NCBI GenBank assembly: GCA_015063455.1
Contig: SVUC01000002.1
Coordinates: forward strand, 1 to 50,452
Length of the DNA stretch: 50,452 nucleotides
Source: Oscillospiraceae bacterium
Lineage (GTDB): Bacteria > Bacillota > Clostridia > Oscillospirales > CAG-272
Direction: 5' to 3'
Shown here piece after piece: positions 26,627 to 36,211 of the stretch. Below the pieces are notes generated by a model, which did no database searches, was not told where the DNA came from, and saw only the letters and a program-made list of their open reading frames with translations. Each line of letters begins with the position of its first letter. Positions within the stretch are counted from its first letter, which is position 1. The position numbers and the translations under genes are program-made.

Positions 26627-27349
26627 TTACCATCGTTCGTAGACAAACATGACCGTGTGGTTATCGTTATCAACAAACGCATATACGAGCGTACCGTGAT
26701 TCCAGCTTTCAGCAATATACGGCTGTGCGGTGAAAACAAGCACCTCTGTCGACTCAGACCATTCGATGTTTGATCTCACAAACGGATCTTTGTCTATCGG
26801 ATAGTCAGATGCATCCCCAAGCTTTCCGCGCCAGATCGAATCTGAAGTCAAGTCCTCAAGGTATTCACCGATCTGCTCTGCCGATGATTTGTATGAGAGA
26901 GCCAGCGTTTCTCCACCCTGCAAAAATTGCGGTGTATAGTAGAACGTTATATTTTCAGCATTTTTCGGTATATCATCAGGAAACAGATCAATGTCTGTGT
27001 CATCATGCCACGAATCATAACTTGACACATCCAATACATCTTCGTAATACTCCACATCTGTGACACTCTGAGTAGCTGTTTCAAATCCAAGCCACAGCGT
27101 AAGGAAAAATCCGCCTATCAAAAAGATCGGGATCAAAACCGCTGTTATTACTCCGCATATTTTCTCCGAAACCTTTCCCGACACACAGATCCCCGTAATT
27201 ATTCCAAAAAACACAGCGGGAACAAAGTACAGAAATGCTGCAGGAAGGGGAGATGACCAGGGGGATAAAACAAGGAGCAAAATACAAGCGCAAATTCCTG
27301 TCAGAAGAGCTAAAACTGTCATTATAAGAGGAAAGCGTATCTTTTTCAT
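26627..27349 (-). CDS. Hypothetical membrane protein (three or four N-terminal TM helices plus a soluble C-terminal domain)
   Basis: I chose the start at MKKIRFPL (ATG 27349), with GGAGG 5 nt upstream. No motif recognised. Confidence 0.6.
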   Translation of the reverse strand: MKKIRFPLIMTVLALLTGICACILLLVLSPWSSPLPAAFLYFVPAVFFGIITGICVSGKVSEKICGVITAVLIPIFLIGGFFLTLWLGFETATQSVTDVEYYEDVLDVSSYDSWHDDTDIDLFPDDIPKNAENITFYYTPQFLQGGETLALSYKSSAEQIGEYLEDLTSDSIWRGKLGDASDYPIDKDPFVRSNIEWSESTEVLVFTAQPYIAESWNHGTLVYAFVDNDNHTVMFVYERW

Positions 27350-27475
27350 ATATACCTCCAAATACAATGTTGCTGTCTTAATTATACCCTATACTCTCAG
27401 CTCTGACAATATAATCCATAAAAATATACACAGCGTTCACACAATATTAAATTGGAAAAACCACCTCATTAAACG

Positions 27476-29344
27476 TCAATCGAATTTTCTGTCGTAGAGA
27501 AGCGCGGCGATGAGGACTACAAAGCAAGAGCCTGCGTTGTGAACAAGCGCGCCTGTTGTAGGACCGAGTATTGCTCTTACTGACAAGATCACAGCAAGAA
27601 TATTTATAATCATCGAAAGCGTAATACTGAATTTTATTGTTCTGACAGTTGCGTTTGACAGTTTTTTCAGATACGGTATTCTTGAAATATCATCACTCAT
27701 CAGTGCAATGTCAGCAGCTTCTACAGCGATGTCGCTTCCCATGCTTCCCATTGCAACTCCGACACTTGCCGCCTTGAGTGCAGGTGCATCATTCACGCCG
27801 TCGCCTATCATACAGACACGTCTTCCCGCGTCTTCGAGAGCTGATACTCGCTCCACCTTTCCCTCTGGGAGAAGCTCAGCATATATTTCATCAATACCTG
27901 CTTTTTTAGCAAAATAATCTGCGGCAAGACTGTTATCTCCAGTGAGAAGGACTGTTTTTGTATCCATTTTTCCGAGTTCTGCTGATACTGTTGATGCCTC
28001 AGGACGCATCACATCTGACAATGCGATAATTCCGATACATTCCACGTTTCTCGCAGCAATCACAGATGCTTTTCCGTCAAGTCTGATCTTTCTGAGTACC
28101 TCTTTAGCTTTTTCAGTCAGCTCAACTCCCGTTTCATAGATAAAGCTCTCGCTTCCGCAAATTATATTTTGACCGTTTATTACCGCGGAAATACCTTTGC
28201 CCGCTGTCATTCTGAAGTCTCCCGCATCATTGAGGCAGATATTTTTCTCTCTTGCTGCTGAAACAATCGCCTTACCAAGCGGGTGTTCACTTTTTGCTTC
28301 CGCAGATCCTGCAATTTGAAGAAGCTCATCTTCTGTAACATCGTCGGAAAGTACGATCACATCAGAAACTTCAAGCTTTCCGTATGTCAATGTGCCCGTT
28401 TTATCGAACGCGATCGTATCGACCTTTCCCATTTTCTCGAGTGCTTCGCCCGATTTTATAATTACACCGTGTTTGGTCGCCTGACCGATCGCTGCCATAA
28501 TTGCCGTCGGAGTTGCAAGGACAAGCGCGCAGGGGCAAAATACCACGAGAACCGTAACGGCTCGGGTTATATCTTTCGTTACAATCCCTGTCACAATTGC
28601 GATAAGAAGTGCGGCAGGAACAAGCCAGCTTGCACATTTGTCAGCCACACGAGCCATCGGTGCTTTCTTATCTTCAGCCTCTTTAACCATTCTGATAAGT
28701 TTGCTGAGTGAGCTGTCCTCACCCACTTTTGTTGCTCTTATATCCACAGAACCAAATCTGTTCAAAGTTCCGCAGAACACCTCATCCCCAACAGTTTTGT
28801 CAACAGGAAGTGATTCTCCTGTCATTACAGATTGGTCGATCGATGTATCTCCGCTGACAATTACCCCGTCAACAGCCACGGTCTCTCCGGGAAGAATTCT
28901 GATAATGTCTCCTTTGAGTATTTTTTCAGCGGGGATCATCTCCTCCTTGCCGTCCGTTATACGTCTTCCCTCTGTAGGTGTGAGACTGATAAGCTTTTTA
29001 AGTCCCTTCTTTGCACGGTCAGTTGTCATATCCTCGAGCTTTTCACCGATCGCCATAATGAATGCAACCTCTCCTGCCGCGAACAAGTCTCCAATGAGAA
29101 TCGCCGCAACCATAGCAATGGAGATCAGCAGCGCGGACGAGATCTTACTGATTCCTTTGTTATGCACTACTCTCCACGCCGCAAGATAAAGAAGCGGAAG
29201 TCCGCTGATAACTACGGTTACCCACGCAGGATCAATCGGAAGCGCAACATCAAATCGTCCGAGCACAAAGCTCAAGACCAAAAAAACTCCGCCGATTATT
29301 ACTGCAGGAACACTCTCAAATTTTTCAATAATTTTTTTGATCAT
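27476..29344 (-). CDS. Heavy-metal translocating P1B-type ATPase (Cd/Zn/Co-like) lacking an N-terminal HMA domain
   Basis: Motifs TGES, CPC (VFCPCALVLATP), DKTGTLT, SEHPLGKAI and GDGVNDAPAL. The N-terminus begins directly with TM helices and has no CxxC metal-binding domain. Confidence 0.92.
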   Translation of the reverse strand: MIKKIIEKFESVPAVIIGGVFLVLSFVLGRFDVALPIDPAWVTVVISGLPLLYLAAWRVVHNKGISKISSALLISIAMVAAILIGDLFAAGEVAFIMAIGEKLEDMTTDRAKKGLKKLISLTPTEGRRITDGKEEMIPAEKILKGDIIRILPGETVAVDGVIVSGDTSIDQSVMTGESLPVDKTVGDEVFCGTLNRFGSVDIRATKVGEDSSLSKLIRMVKEAEDKKAPMARVADKCASWLVPAALLIAIVTGIVTKDITRAVTVLVVFCPCALVLATPTAIMAAIGQATKHGVIIKSGEALEKMGKVDTIAFDKTGTLTYGKLEVSDVIVLSDDVTEDELLQIAGSAEAKSEHPLGKAIVSAAREKNICLNDAGDFRMTAGKGISAVINGQNIICGSESFIYETGVELTEKAKEVLRKIRLDGKASVIAARNVECIGIIALSDVMRPEASTVSAELGKMDTKTVLLTGDNSLAADYFAKKAGIDEIYAELLPEGKVERVSALEDAGRRVCMIGDGVNDAPALKAASVGVAMGSMGSDIAVEAADIALMSDDISRIPYLKKLSNATVRTIKFSITLSMIINILAVILSVRAILGPTTGALVHNAGSCFVVLIAALLYDRKFD

Positions 29345-29359
29345 TTTTCTCTCCTCATA

Positions 29360-29388
29360 TTGACCTGTACTGAAATTACTTGTATAAT
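29360..29388 (+). promoter_or_regulatory. Sigma-A type promoter of the TetR gene (TTGACC-17 nt-TATAAT)
   Basis: TTGACC at 29360-29365 and TATAAT at 29383-29388. Confidence 0.6.
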
Positions 29389-29398
29389 ATGTATGTTA

Positions 29399-29415
29399 CA
29401 AAACAGTTTGTTCTG
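29399..29415. promoter_or_regulatory. Imperfect 17-bp palindrome, candidate TetR operator
   Basis: caAAACAgttTGTTctg, with core AACA-N3-TGTT, lies just downstream of the -10 box in the ATPase/TetR divergent region. Confidence 0.35.
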
Positions 29416-29513
29416 TATTTTTATTATACGCAAAAAATTGATGAGTTTCAATAAGCAAAAATCTCACGGTGTATGATACGGAACAACTTTCAAAAATTGT
29501 TCGGGGGACGGGT

Positions 29514-30080
29514 ATGGACAGACGGCAGAAAAAAACAAGAGAAGCGATATTCAACGCATTTACTGCACTTTTATCTGAGAAAAATTACAATCAGATATCT
29601 GTGCAGGAGATAATCGACGGGGCTGACATAGGACGTACAACATTTTACGTACATTTTGAAACCAAGGATTTTCTGCTCAAAGAATTGTGCGAGGAGCTTT
29701 TCAATCACATAATTGATACAGCGCTCGGATTGCCGCAGGATCATTACCACTGTTCGTGTGCAAATGAGCAGGATTCTGTTTTTCTTCACCTTCTCAGACA
29801 TCTTCAGGAAAACGACAGAAATATCCTTGAGCTTCTCTCATCTCAGAACAACGAGATCTTTTTGCGGTATTTCAAAGAAAACTTAAAAAAGCTGATCGTT
29901 TCGCAGTATATAGAAAGCGGAATAATTAAAAATCCTTCTCTGCCTGAAGATTACCTGGTCAATCACATCTCATCTTCCTTTGTTGAAACAGTAAGTTGGT
30001 GGATCGCCGGAAAGATGAAGGTTTCTCCTGAGAAGATCACAGAATACTATCTCGCTGTTATCGAGCCGATAATTTCATAA
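29514..30080 (+). CDS. TetR/AcrR family transcriptional regulator
   Basis: HTH pattern KKTREAIFNAFTALLSEKNYNQISVQEIIDGADIGRTTFYVHFETKD. I chose the start at ATG 29514. The GTG at 29469 is also possible. Confidence 0.85.
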   Translation: MDRRQKKTREAIFNAFTALLSEKNYNQISVQEIIDGADIGRTTFYVHFETKDFLLKELCEELFNHIIDTALGLPQDHYHCSCANEQDSVFLHLLRHLQENDRNILELLSSQNNEIFLRYFKENLKKLIVSQYIESGIIKNPSLPEDYLVNHISSSFVETVSWWIAGKMKVSPEKITEYYLAVIEPIIS

Positions 30081-30126
30081 AAACAAAAGCTGGTCAGTAC
30101 TGCAAAAGTACAGATCAGCTTGTATT

Positions 30127-31560
30127 TTATATCAGATCAACTGAAATATCGTCAACTGTTTTTTCGCGGAACGTCATCACCCAATCAACCGTCTCGACAG
30201 GCTCAAATGTGAGCGCCGACAAGGCAACGTGCTTCTCAACGTCATCTTTTTTCGGACCGAACAAAATTGCGGTGGGACCGTCGGCTCCGCCTATAATTCC
30301 GACAGACATACTTACAAAATCGTATTTTTCATCGGCTGTCTGACATTTTCTCGGACGTTCGTTTGGGCGAATATCACTAACAATAAACCTCTCCCGCGGA
30401 AGCTCGGGTGTTACATTAAACGTCATAACCACATGATTCTTCGGGAAGTCGTAATCCTTCAAAAGCTCATAAGACCTGTCGAATTCTGTGATGTCACGCT
30501 TGTATTCCGTGACAGTCAGCGTGTGCGTTACACCTGTCAGCGGATGAACAAACTCAACGCTGTCAGACACTCCCGACACTCTGAATCTCTTGCCGGGAAG
30601 GCTGACAGGATTCGCAGCAAGCTCAATTTTCAGAGATTTCAATTTAGGTTTGGTTTTTGTTGCCCACTGAAACGAAGAACGGATTATCGTCCAGCTTTTT
30701 GTGGGATCAAGAGAATAGTGCTCTACTGCAAGAGCAGCGTCTGGGTTGTTCTCCTGCCCCTCCAAAAGATCACCCTCACGTATCCACATAAGGATACTGC
30801 CGCGTTTTTCGGTCATTTTGTTTCCGTTTACAGTAACACACAGACGAAAATTATTGGCATTCACCCCGTCTGTGTTCTCGAAGCATATATCAAGGACAAG
30901 GCCCTTTGAGCAGATATATCCCGCAGGAATACAGAACTTCCTGCCGTCCCATTCAAATGATCTGCCAATCGTAAACTCAGTACCCGCTTTTGATTTTCTC
31001 TCTCCCTCAGCGCGTACTCCGCCTTCGTAACGGACTTCCCACACCTTTGGCTTAGGACACTCCTCACGCGGTACCCATTCGTAATAATCAGCCCTGTATC
31101 TGATTTTTGAAAAATCGAATTCGTCGTATATTTCTTTCAGATATTTGTAAGGATCGTCGATCGGTGTCAAGCGGTACTCGTCTGTCAGGTGTGATATAAA
31201 ATCCCTGCTCTCACGAGAAATCGGGTTATCTTTTACATATTCATCGTACTTTTCGCGAGTCCACACGTGTGCCTGCTCGAGTGCTGCCTCTTGCCCACAT
31301 GAGAGAAGGAGTCTGATAAAATCATCAAAATTACAGGAGACAGGAAATGCGTGTTTTCCCGGGAGTCCCATAGGATTTATGGCAAAGACCATCTCACCAA
31401 AATCTTTAATAAAACAGTAGTGAATCCCGTCTACCCCTGTCCACCCGATTATTTCAGCCCCTTTCGGTGTGCAGAAATAATCGCTTTTTTTGTCTCCTTT
31501 TTCAATTCCAAACGGAGACAGATCAAGCTTGTTCTTTTTATACAGTTCGTATAGTCTCAT
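30127..31560 (-). CDS. Hypothetical protein; the N-terminal part is faintly SUKH/SMI1-KNR4-like
   Basis: 478 aa counted from MRLYELYKK, but the start is uncertain and the ORF is open back to 31614. The pattern GVDGIHYCFIKDFGEMVFAINP ... FDDFIRLLL resembles SUKH-type domains. I did not recognise the remainder. Confidence 0.6.
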   Translation of the reverse strand: MRLYELYKKNKLDLSPFGIEKGDKKSDYFCTPKGAEIIGWTGVDGIHYCFIKDFGEMVFAINPMGLPGKHAFPVSCNFDDFIRLLLSCGQEAALEQAHVWTREKYDEYVKDNPISRESRDFISHLTDEYRLTPIDDPYKYLKEIYDEFDFSKIRYRADYYEWVPREECPKPKVWEVRYEGGVRAEGERKSKAGTEFTIGRSFEWDGRKFCIPAGYICSKGLVLDICFENTDGVNANNFRLCVTVNGNKMTEKRGSILMWIREGDLLEGQENNPDAALAVEHYSLDPTKSWTIIRSSFQWATKTKPKLKSLKIELAANPVSLPGKRFRVSGVSDSVEFVHPLTGVTHTLTVTEYKRDITEFDRSYELLKDYDFPKNHVVMTFNVTPELPRERFIVSDIRPNERPRKCQTADEKYDFVSMSVGIIGGADGPTAILFGPKKDDVEKHVALSALTFEPVETVDWVMTFREKTVDDISVDLI

Positions 31561-31576
31561 TGTCACATACCTGTTA

Positions 31577-32050
31577 TCAGTCTCTCTGGGCATCAATGCA
31601 GGCATCAATAACAAGAACTACTGCGAGAGCCGCGATCTCGTCGACACCGTCACCGAACTCGATCTCGTATGCATCCCCCCAGGTGAACCATTCCTTTGAA
31701 ACGGAAGCTATTATTTCGTCTCCGTGTGTTACATCGTAGTCGTGATCGAAGAAATCTCCGTGTACAGACCATCCGAGACCGTTCACCGTGTACTCGGGAT
31801 GAAAAAATGTAAACTCCTTTACGACCTCTGCTATATCTTCCCCATTTATGTAAATTACATATTTCGGAAGGAACGTGAACAGCTGTTGTTCGATGTACGC
31901 AAGCTCATTTCCGTTCAGATCGTACAGATGGAGTTTCTTGCCGAATGTGAACACTTCACCCTCAACGAAATATTTTTCTTGTCCGTTCGCATCGTAAATT
32001 GAAAATTTGTCTCCCCAAGTGAAGATCTGCTGTTTTATGTACAGATTCAT
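31577..32050 (-). CDS. LURP-one-related / tubby C-terminal-like (DUF567, YxjI-like) protein
   Basis: 157 aa. Repeated beta-hairpin pattern IFTWGDKFSIYDANGQEKYFVEGEVFTFGKKLHLYDLNGNELAYIEQ. RBS AAGGAGG. Confidence 0.75.
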   Translation of the reverse strand: MNLYIKQQIFTWGDKFSIYDANGQEKYFVEGEVFTFGKKLHLYDLNGNELAYIEQQLFTFLPKYVIYINGEDIAEVVKEFTFFHPEYTVNGLGWSVHGDFFDHDYDVTHGDEIIASVSKEWFTWGDAYEIEFGDGVDEIAALAVVLVIDACIDAQRD

Positions 32051-32222
32051 ATGTTCCTCCTTGAACTTAAATAGTTATTGCTTAATTTGGATTGAGTTTA
32101 TCACACAAATGTGAACTCGCGGTTACAGACAAGGCGTTTTTCGTATATCTAATGAAAATTTAATAATTCCTATAAATCAAAAATGCAGTCTCATAGTGAA
32201 ACTGCATTTTTGCGTATTGCTT

Positions 32223-33527
32223 TTATCTTTTGACTTCTCCGCCGCCCCATTCGACCACGGTAAATCCTTCTCTTTCCGCAGACGTAAGAATTTGTTCCTC
32301 AATTTCTACATATTCATCGGATGCCTGCCAAGCCATATACACGCGGATCACGGTATCGGGTTCAGGTGTTATCTCAAGCTTTGCAGCATTTGTGTAAACG
32401 TCACTCTGGAACGAGATTACGTTATACGCATTGTTCTGCATTATCGGAAGCCAGTACACGATAAATTCGTTAGCCTCACGTCGAGTCAGACCGAGCTTTT
32501 CAAGTGCATCTTCCAAGAATTCGGCTGTATCGCTTCCCTTCACGCAGAATCCCTTTGTAAAGTCAAACCGAACGTCCGTTTCGCCTTCCCAATAGAGATA
32601 ATTGTACATTTGTCCTTGTCCGTCAAAAAGTGTACCGTCGGGGAATGCTGTGACCGTCCAGCCATCATTGTACAAGGGATATGTGCAGGTGAGTCGCCCG
32701 TCAAATGTAAGCTTTACCTGAACATTTGTCTCCGACTCGGGATAGAGGTATATTACAGGCTTACGGGCAACTCCCGGCTCGTAAACAATGTCGCTGAAGT
32801 TTATACTGATGAGATCTGCTTCAATACGATGTGTCTGCTTATCGTAATAAGTGTTTTCGTATTCGAGGACCACCTGATCCTTTACGCAGAAGCCCTCAGG
32901 CAGTTTCCCGTTGATCTTGATTTCATAAAAAGACGGAATCAAAGTTCTCGCAAAAAAACAGTCGTCATAGATCCCGGTTATCACAATATCTGTAAAAGGC
33001 TTTGTGTCAATTTTTTCTGCCGTTTCTTTGTTGAGCCACTCATTTCTCTCAAGCAGATTATCATCTTCCGCCAACTCCCACTTCACAGCATTGATCGTCA
33101 GCGGAGATATCTCTCTTATGAGTCCCACATAAGTAACCTTTACCACGTTACCCGCGCCGATCTTATTGAGATTTGATATATCAAACGAAATTCTGCTTTG
33201 CTCAATATTTGCAGAAACAGGCGCGACAATAGCTGTATTTCCGTTTATTTCAAGTACCGTTGCGATGAAAGAGCGTTCTACGTTCACTTGCTCCTCTAAC
33301 CAAAGCTCGTCGATCGACTTGAACCTGTCACCGAGGAAATACACGCGTGTTTTGTTGTAAACACCGCTATCTGAGTCAATGAGCCTGTTCCAGTTCACTA
33401 TCTTGTATGTCAGCGCTGTATATTCCCGTGTTCCGCCGTCGTCATAAGGTGACTTTGGAATCGGCACAAACAGTACCGCAAGCAAAATAACCGCAGCCGC
33501 GCACGATATGATTATCTTCTTTTTCAT
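32223..33527 (-). CDS. Membrane-anchored or secreted protein with a conserved ~180-aa C-terminal domain (KPVIYLYPE...EWGG), long paralog
   Basis: N-terminal hydrophobic anchor IIISCAAAVILLAVLFV. The C-terminal 180 aa are about 78 percent identical to 33524..34180. ATGA overlap with the upstream gene. Confidence 0.75.
   Translation of the reverse strand: MKKKIIISCAAAVILLAVLFVPIPKSPYDDGGTREYTALTYKIVNWNRLIDSDSGVYNKTRVYFLGDRFKSIDELWLEEQVNVERSFIATVLEINGNTAIVAPVSANIEQSRISFDISNLNKIGAGNVVKVTYVGLIREISPLTINAVKWELAEDDNLLERNEWLNKETAEKIDTKPFTDIVITGIYDDCFFARTLIPSFYEIKINGKLPEGFCVKDQVVLEYENTYYDKQTHRIEADLISINFSDIVYEPGVARKPVIYLYPESETNVQVKLTFDGRLTCTYPLYNDGWTVTAFPDGTLFDGQGQMYNYLYWEGETDVRFDFTKGFCVKGSDTAEFLEDALEKLGLTRREANEFIVYWLPIMQNNAYNVISFQSDVYTNAAKLEITPEPDTVIRVYMAWQASDEYVEIEEQILTSAEREGFTVVEWGGGEVKR
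32226..32762 (-). repeat. Duplicated domain-coding segment (pairs with 33527..34063)
   Basis: The two C-terminal domains of the adjacent genes are about 78 percent identical at protein level and clearly alignable at nucleotide level. Confidence 0.7.
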
Positions 33528-34180
33528 TTAATTTCTGCTCCTCCCCATTCAATTACAGTGAATCCAACTCTTTCGGGAGTATCAAGCTCCTGTGCCTCAA
33601 TTTCCTTGAAGGAATCCTCAGCATACCAAGCCATAAATACGCGAATTACGGTATCAGGCTCGGGAGATACTTCAAGCTTTGCAGAATCTGTGTAAACGTC
33701 ACTCTGGAATGAGATGACATTATACAGATTATCCTGCATCAGAGGTAACCAATACACGATGAATTCATTCGCTTCTTTTCTGTTCAATCCGAGTTTTTCG
33801 AGTGCGTCTTCCAAGAATCCGGCAGTATCGCTACCTTTCACACAAAATCCCTTTGAGAAATCATACTCTGTCTCGGTCTCGCCTTCCCAATAGAGATAGT
33901 TGTATATCTGCCCATCCTCACCAACAAGTGTTCCGTCGGGACACGCTGTGACAGTCCATCCGTCATTGTACAAAGGATACGTGCAGGTCAGCTTACCGTC
34001 ATAAGTAAGCTTTACATCAACTTTTGTCTCCGACTCGGGATAGAGGTATATCACAGGTTTTGCGTTAAGTACCTCGTCTCCTTCACAGGAATCTCCGTCA
34101 ACTAATGCAAAAACCACTGTAAGTACCGAAATTACGAGTACCGCAGCGAGAACAATCAATAAAACCATTTTCTTTTTCAT
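33524..34180 (-). CDS. Membrane-anchored or secreted protein consisting mainly of the KPVIYLYPE...EWGG domain, short paralog
   Basis: I chose the start at ATG 34180 (MKKKMVLLIV), with AAGGAG 10 nt upstream. The N-terminus is signal- or anchor-like. Confidence 0.75.
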   Translation of the reverse strand: MKKKMVLLIVLAAVLVISVLTVVFALVDGDSCEGDEVLNAKPVIYLYPESETKVDVKLTYDGKLTCTYPLYNDGWTVTACPDGTLVGEDGQIYNYLYWEGETETEYDFSKGFCVKGSDTAGFLEDALEKLGLNRKEANEFIVYWLPLMQDNLYNVISFQSDVYTDSAKLEVSPEPDTVIRVFMAWYAEDSFKEIEAQELDTPERVGFTVIEWGGAEIK

Positions 34181-34194
34181 AATACACACACTCC

Positions 34195-34773
34195 TTATTC
34201 ATACAGAACTTCGTAGTCCGGCAGAGATTTCCACTCGTCAGATGAGACAATAATATCAATGATATCTTTGCAGGCAGAGAGGAATTTCTGTCCTTTTTCA
34301 TCCTTCGCACCATAAGTAATTGCAATATTTTTTGCAGTGATCGTTTTATCGACAGTATCTGTATGCACTGATAAAATAAGTGTCATAGGAGGCCTTGATA
34401 TCGCATTTTCATTTGGATTATATTCATCCGGATATGATTCCACATCAAGCTCGCGGATAATTCTGCTGACAGAATCAAGCTGCTCCTCTGTCATAAAAAA
34501 TGTTGTAACATAATCCTCGGGATGCGTTGCATCGGTAGTTTTGACAAGCTTTCCGCTCTCGCTGTCATACGAGCTGACACCGTAGGTATTCCACGTGAGC
34601 GAGAATGTAAATTCGTCGCTGCTTTTCGCTGCATCTCCGCCGCTTTTATCGGATGTGTCCTGTCCGTCACCCGATGTGAGATTTCCCTCTCCGTTCTCCG
34701 ACGGAACTTTGCCGCAGGAGATACACATCGCAAAAAGAATCAGCGCAAGAAGAATAATCAGTATTCTTTTCAT
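34195..34773 (-). CDS. Putative lipoprotein of unknown function
   Basis: Signal peptide MKRILIILLALILFAMCISCG. RBS GGGAGA. 192 aa. Confidence 0.7.
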   Translation of the reverse strand: MKRILIILLALILFAMCISCGKVPSENGEGNLTSGDGQDTSDKSGGDAAKSSDEFTFSLTWNTYGVSSYDSESGKLVKTTDATHPEDYVTTFFMTEEQLDSVSRIIRELDVESYPDEYNPNENAISRPPMTLILSVHTDTVDKTITAKNIAITYGAKDEKGQKFLSACKDIIDIIVSSDEWKSLPDYEVLYE

Positions 34774-34789
34774 TACAGATCTCCCGTTC

Positions 34790-35569
34790 TTATTTTACCG
34801 ACACATATACGCTGTCATATTTTTCGGCAGAATCCTTATCTATCTCAATTGTTACAAGCCATCCTGCCATATCACAGGTCACTACTTCGGGCACGATTCG
34901 TTTAATTGCAATATACAGCAGTTTATTATTTCCGTAAATGTTTGTTACCTCGTGGCGTACAGAACCGCTTCCCTCAGACAAGTATATCACGATAAGGCTT
35001 TTCTTTTCAAAAAATTCCTCGTCAAGTCCTTCTGTCTTTTTGGAAAAGCCGTCATTTCCGTTCAGAAAATGTCGACCAAATATTCTTTTGAAGTTGTCAA
35101 GTGATCTTACCGAATCAATTATAATCGAATTTTGACTGCTTGAGCCTGTATCGCCACCGGCTTCGGAGCGTTCGCGGAATACTACTCCGCCCTCCTCCGA
35201 CCAATTAACTCTGAAATACTCTGCTGAATAATCAATTACTGCCAGCCCTGTTCCATCAGATAACGTAACACCGCCGGCGCCAAAAAGCCTTCCGTCGTTA
35301 CTTCCGGCTGCACTTGGGCCGGAGTTTGTCATATCTTTTATGAATTCACTTCCATCTGCAAAATCGTTTTTATCACCCGACATTGATAAATTACCGTCTT
35401 CTGAAATATGATCCTCATCGAATCGGTCGAGTACGGAAACACTTCCGATACACACACAGAGCAGGAATGAAAAAATAATTGCAGCCTGTTTTTTCTTCTT
35501 TTTGTTTTCTTCACGGCGAGTCTTGCTGCGCGCAAAAACCTCATCCATAAATTCTTCTCTTGTTCTCAT
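34790..35569 (-). CDS. Putative anti-sigma factor, single-pass membrane protein
   Basis: ATGA overlap with the sigma gene. A basic stretch is followed by TM helix AAIIFSFLLCVCIGSVSVL and a ~200-aa ectodomain. Confidence 0.65.
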   Translation of the reverse strand: MRTREEFMDEVFARSKTRREENKKKKKQAAIIFSFLLCVCIGSVSVLDRFDEDHISEDGNLSMSGDKNDFADGSEFIKDMTNSGPSAAGSNDGRLFGAGGVTLSDGTGLAVIDYSAEYFRVNWSEEGGVVFRERSEAGGDTGSSSQNSIIIDSVRSLDNFKRIFGRHFLNGNDGFSKKTEGLDEEFFEKKSLIVIYLSEGSGSVRHEVTNIYGNNKLLYIAIKRIVPEVVTCDMAGWLVTIEIDKDSAEKYDSVYVSVK

Positions 35570-36117
35570 AATAAAAGCTCACCATCCTTTCCGAGTATGG
35601 CACGAAGCTCCACCTTCGCCCGATACAGAAGATTATCAATTTGTTTCGGACTCTTTTTCATAATCTTTGCTGCCTCTTTATACGAAAGCTCCTCGAAATA
35701 CACAAGATAAACAGCTTCACTCATATCCTTCGAAATACTGTCAAGTGCATATCTTACCGCCCTTTTACGCTCATCTGAGACGATCTGTGCTTCAAGATCA
35801 ACTTCATCATCCGAAATCGTTTCGGCAGAATCGAGAGGTAAGGTGTCGATCACCTTTCTGTGCCGCAAATAGTTCAGTGCACGGCTTCTCCCAAGCACAT
35901 AGAGATATGTTTTGAGAGATACCATAAAGTTGTACCGACGCGGATACATAAGAACATATGTAAACACATCTATCGCAACATCTTCCGCGGCGTGTATATC
36001 GTGCAGATATTGATTAATGAAAAAGATCAGCCCGAGACGGTAATCATCCATAATACAGGCAAACGCTGTCTCGTCGCCATCGAGAAAACGGCGGTAGCTA
36101 CTTTCACCGTTATCCAT
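35566..36117 (-). CDS. ECF-type sigma-70 family sigma factor (module 5)
   Basis: RBS AGGAG 5 nt upstream. Region 2 (AAEDVAIDVFTYVL ... LKTYLYVLGRSRALNYLRHRK) and region 4 (LSYKEAAKIMKKSPKQIDNLLYRAKVELR) are present. Confidence 0.88.
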   Translation of the reverse strand: MDNGESSYRRFLDGDETAFACIMDDYRLGLIFFINQYLHDIHAAEDVAIDVFTYVLMYPRRYNFMVSLKTYLYVLGRSRALNYLRHRKVIDTLPLDSAETISDDEVDLEAQIVSDERKRAVRYALDSISKDMSEAVYLVYFEELSYKEAAKIMKKSPKQIDNLLYRAKVELRAILGKDGELLL

Positions 36118-36211
36118 ATTGTCTCCTTTGATTAACCGGATTTATCTCGGAGAATTTTCCCTTCTCTGTTTATTATACACCTGAGGGGTATCTTTTTCCT
36201 TATGTTTTTCT

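Noticed and set aside
32196-33176. A 326-aa plus-strand ORF antisense to 32223..33527, and similar antisense ORFs at 1196..1864, 12015..12578, 28638..29189, 28832..29476 and 30229..30909.
   Set aside because: Each fully overlaps a gene whose product has clear family motifs or a conserved paralog. I see no RBS and no recognisable domains, and the composition is low-complexity.
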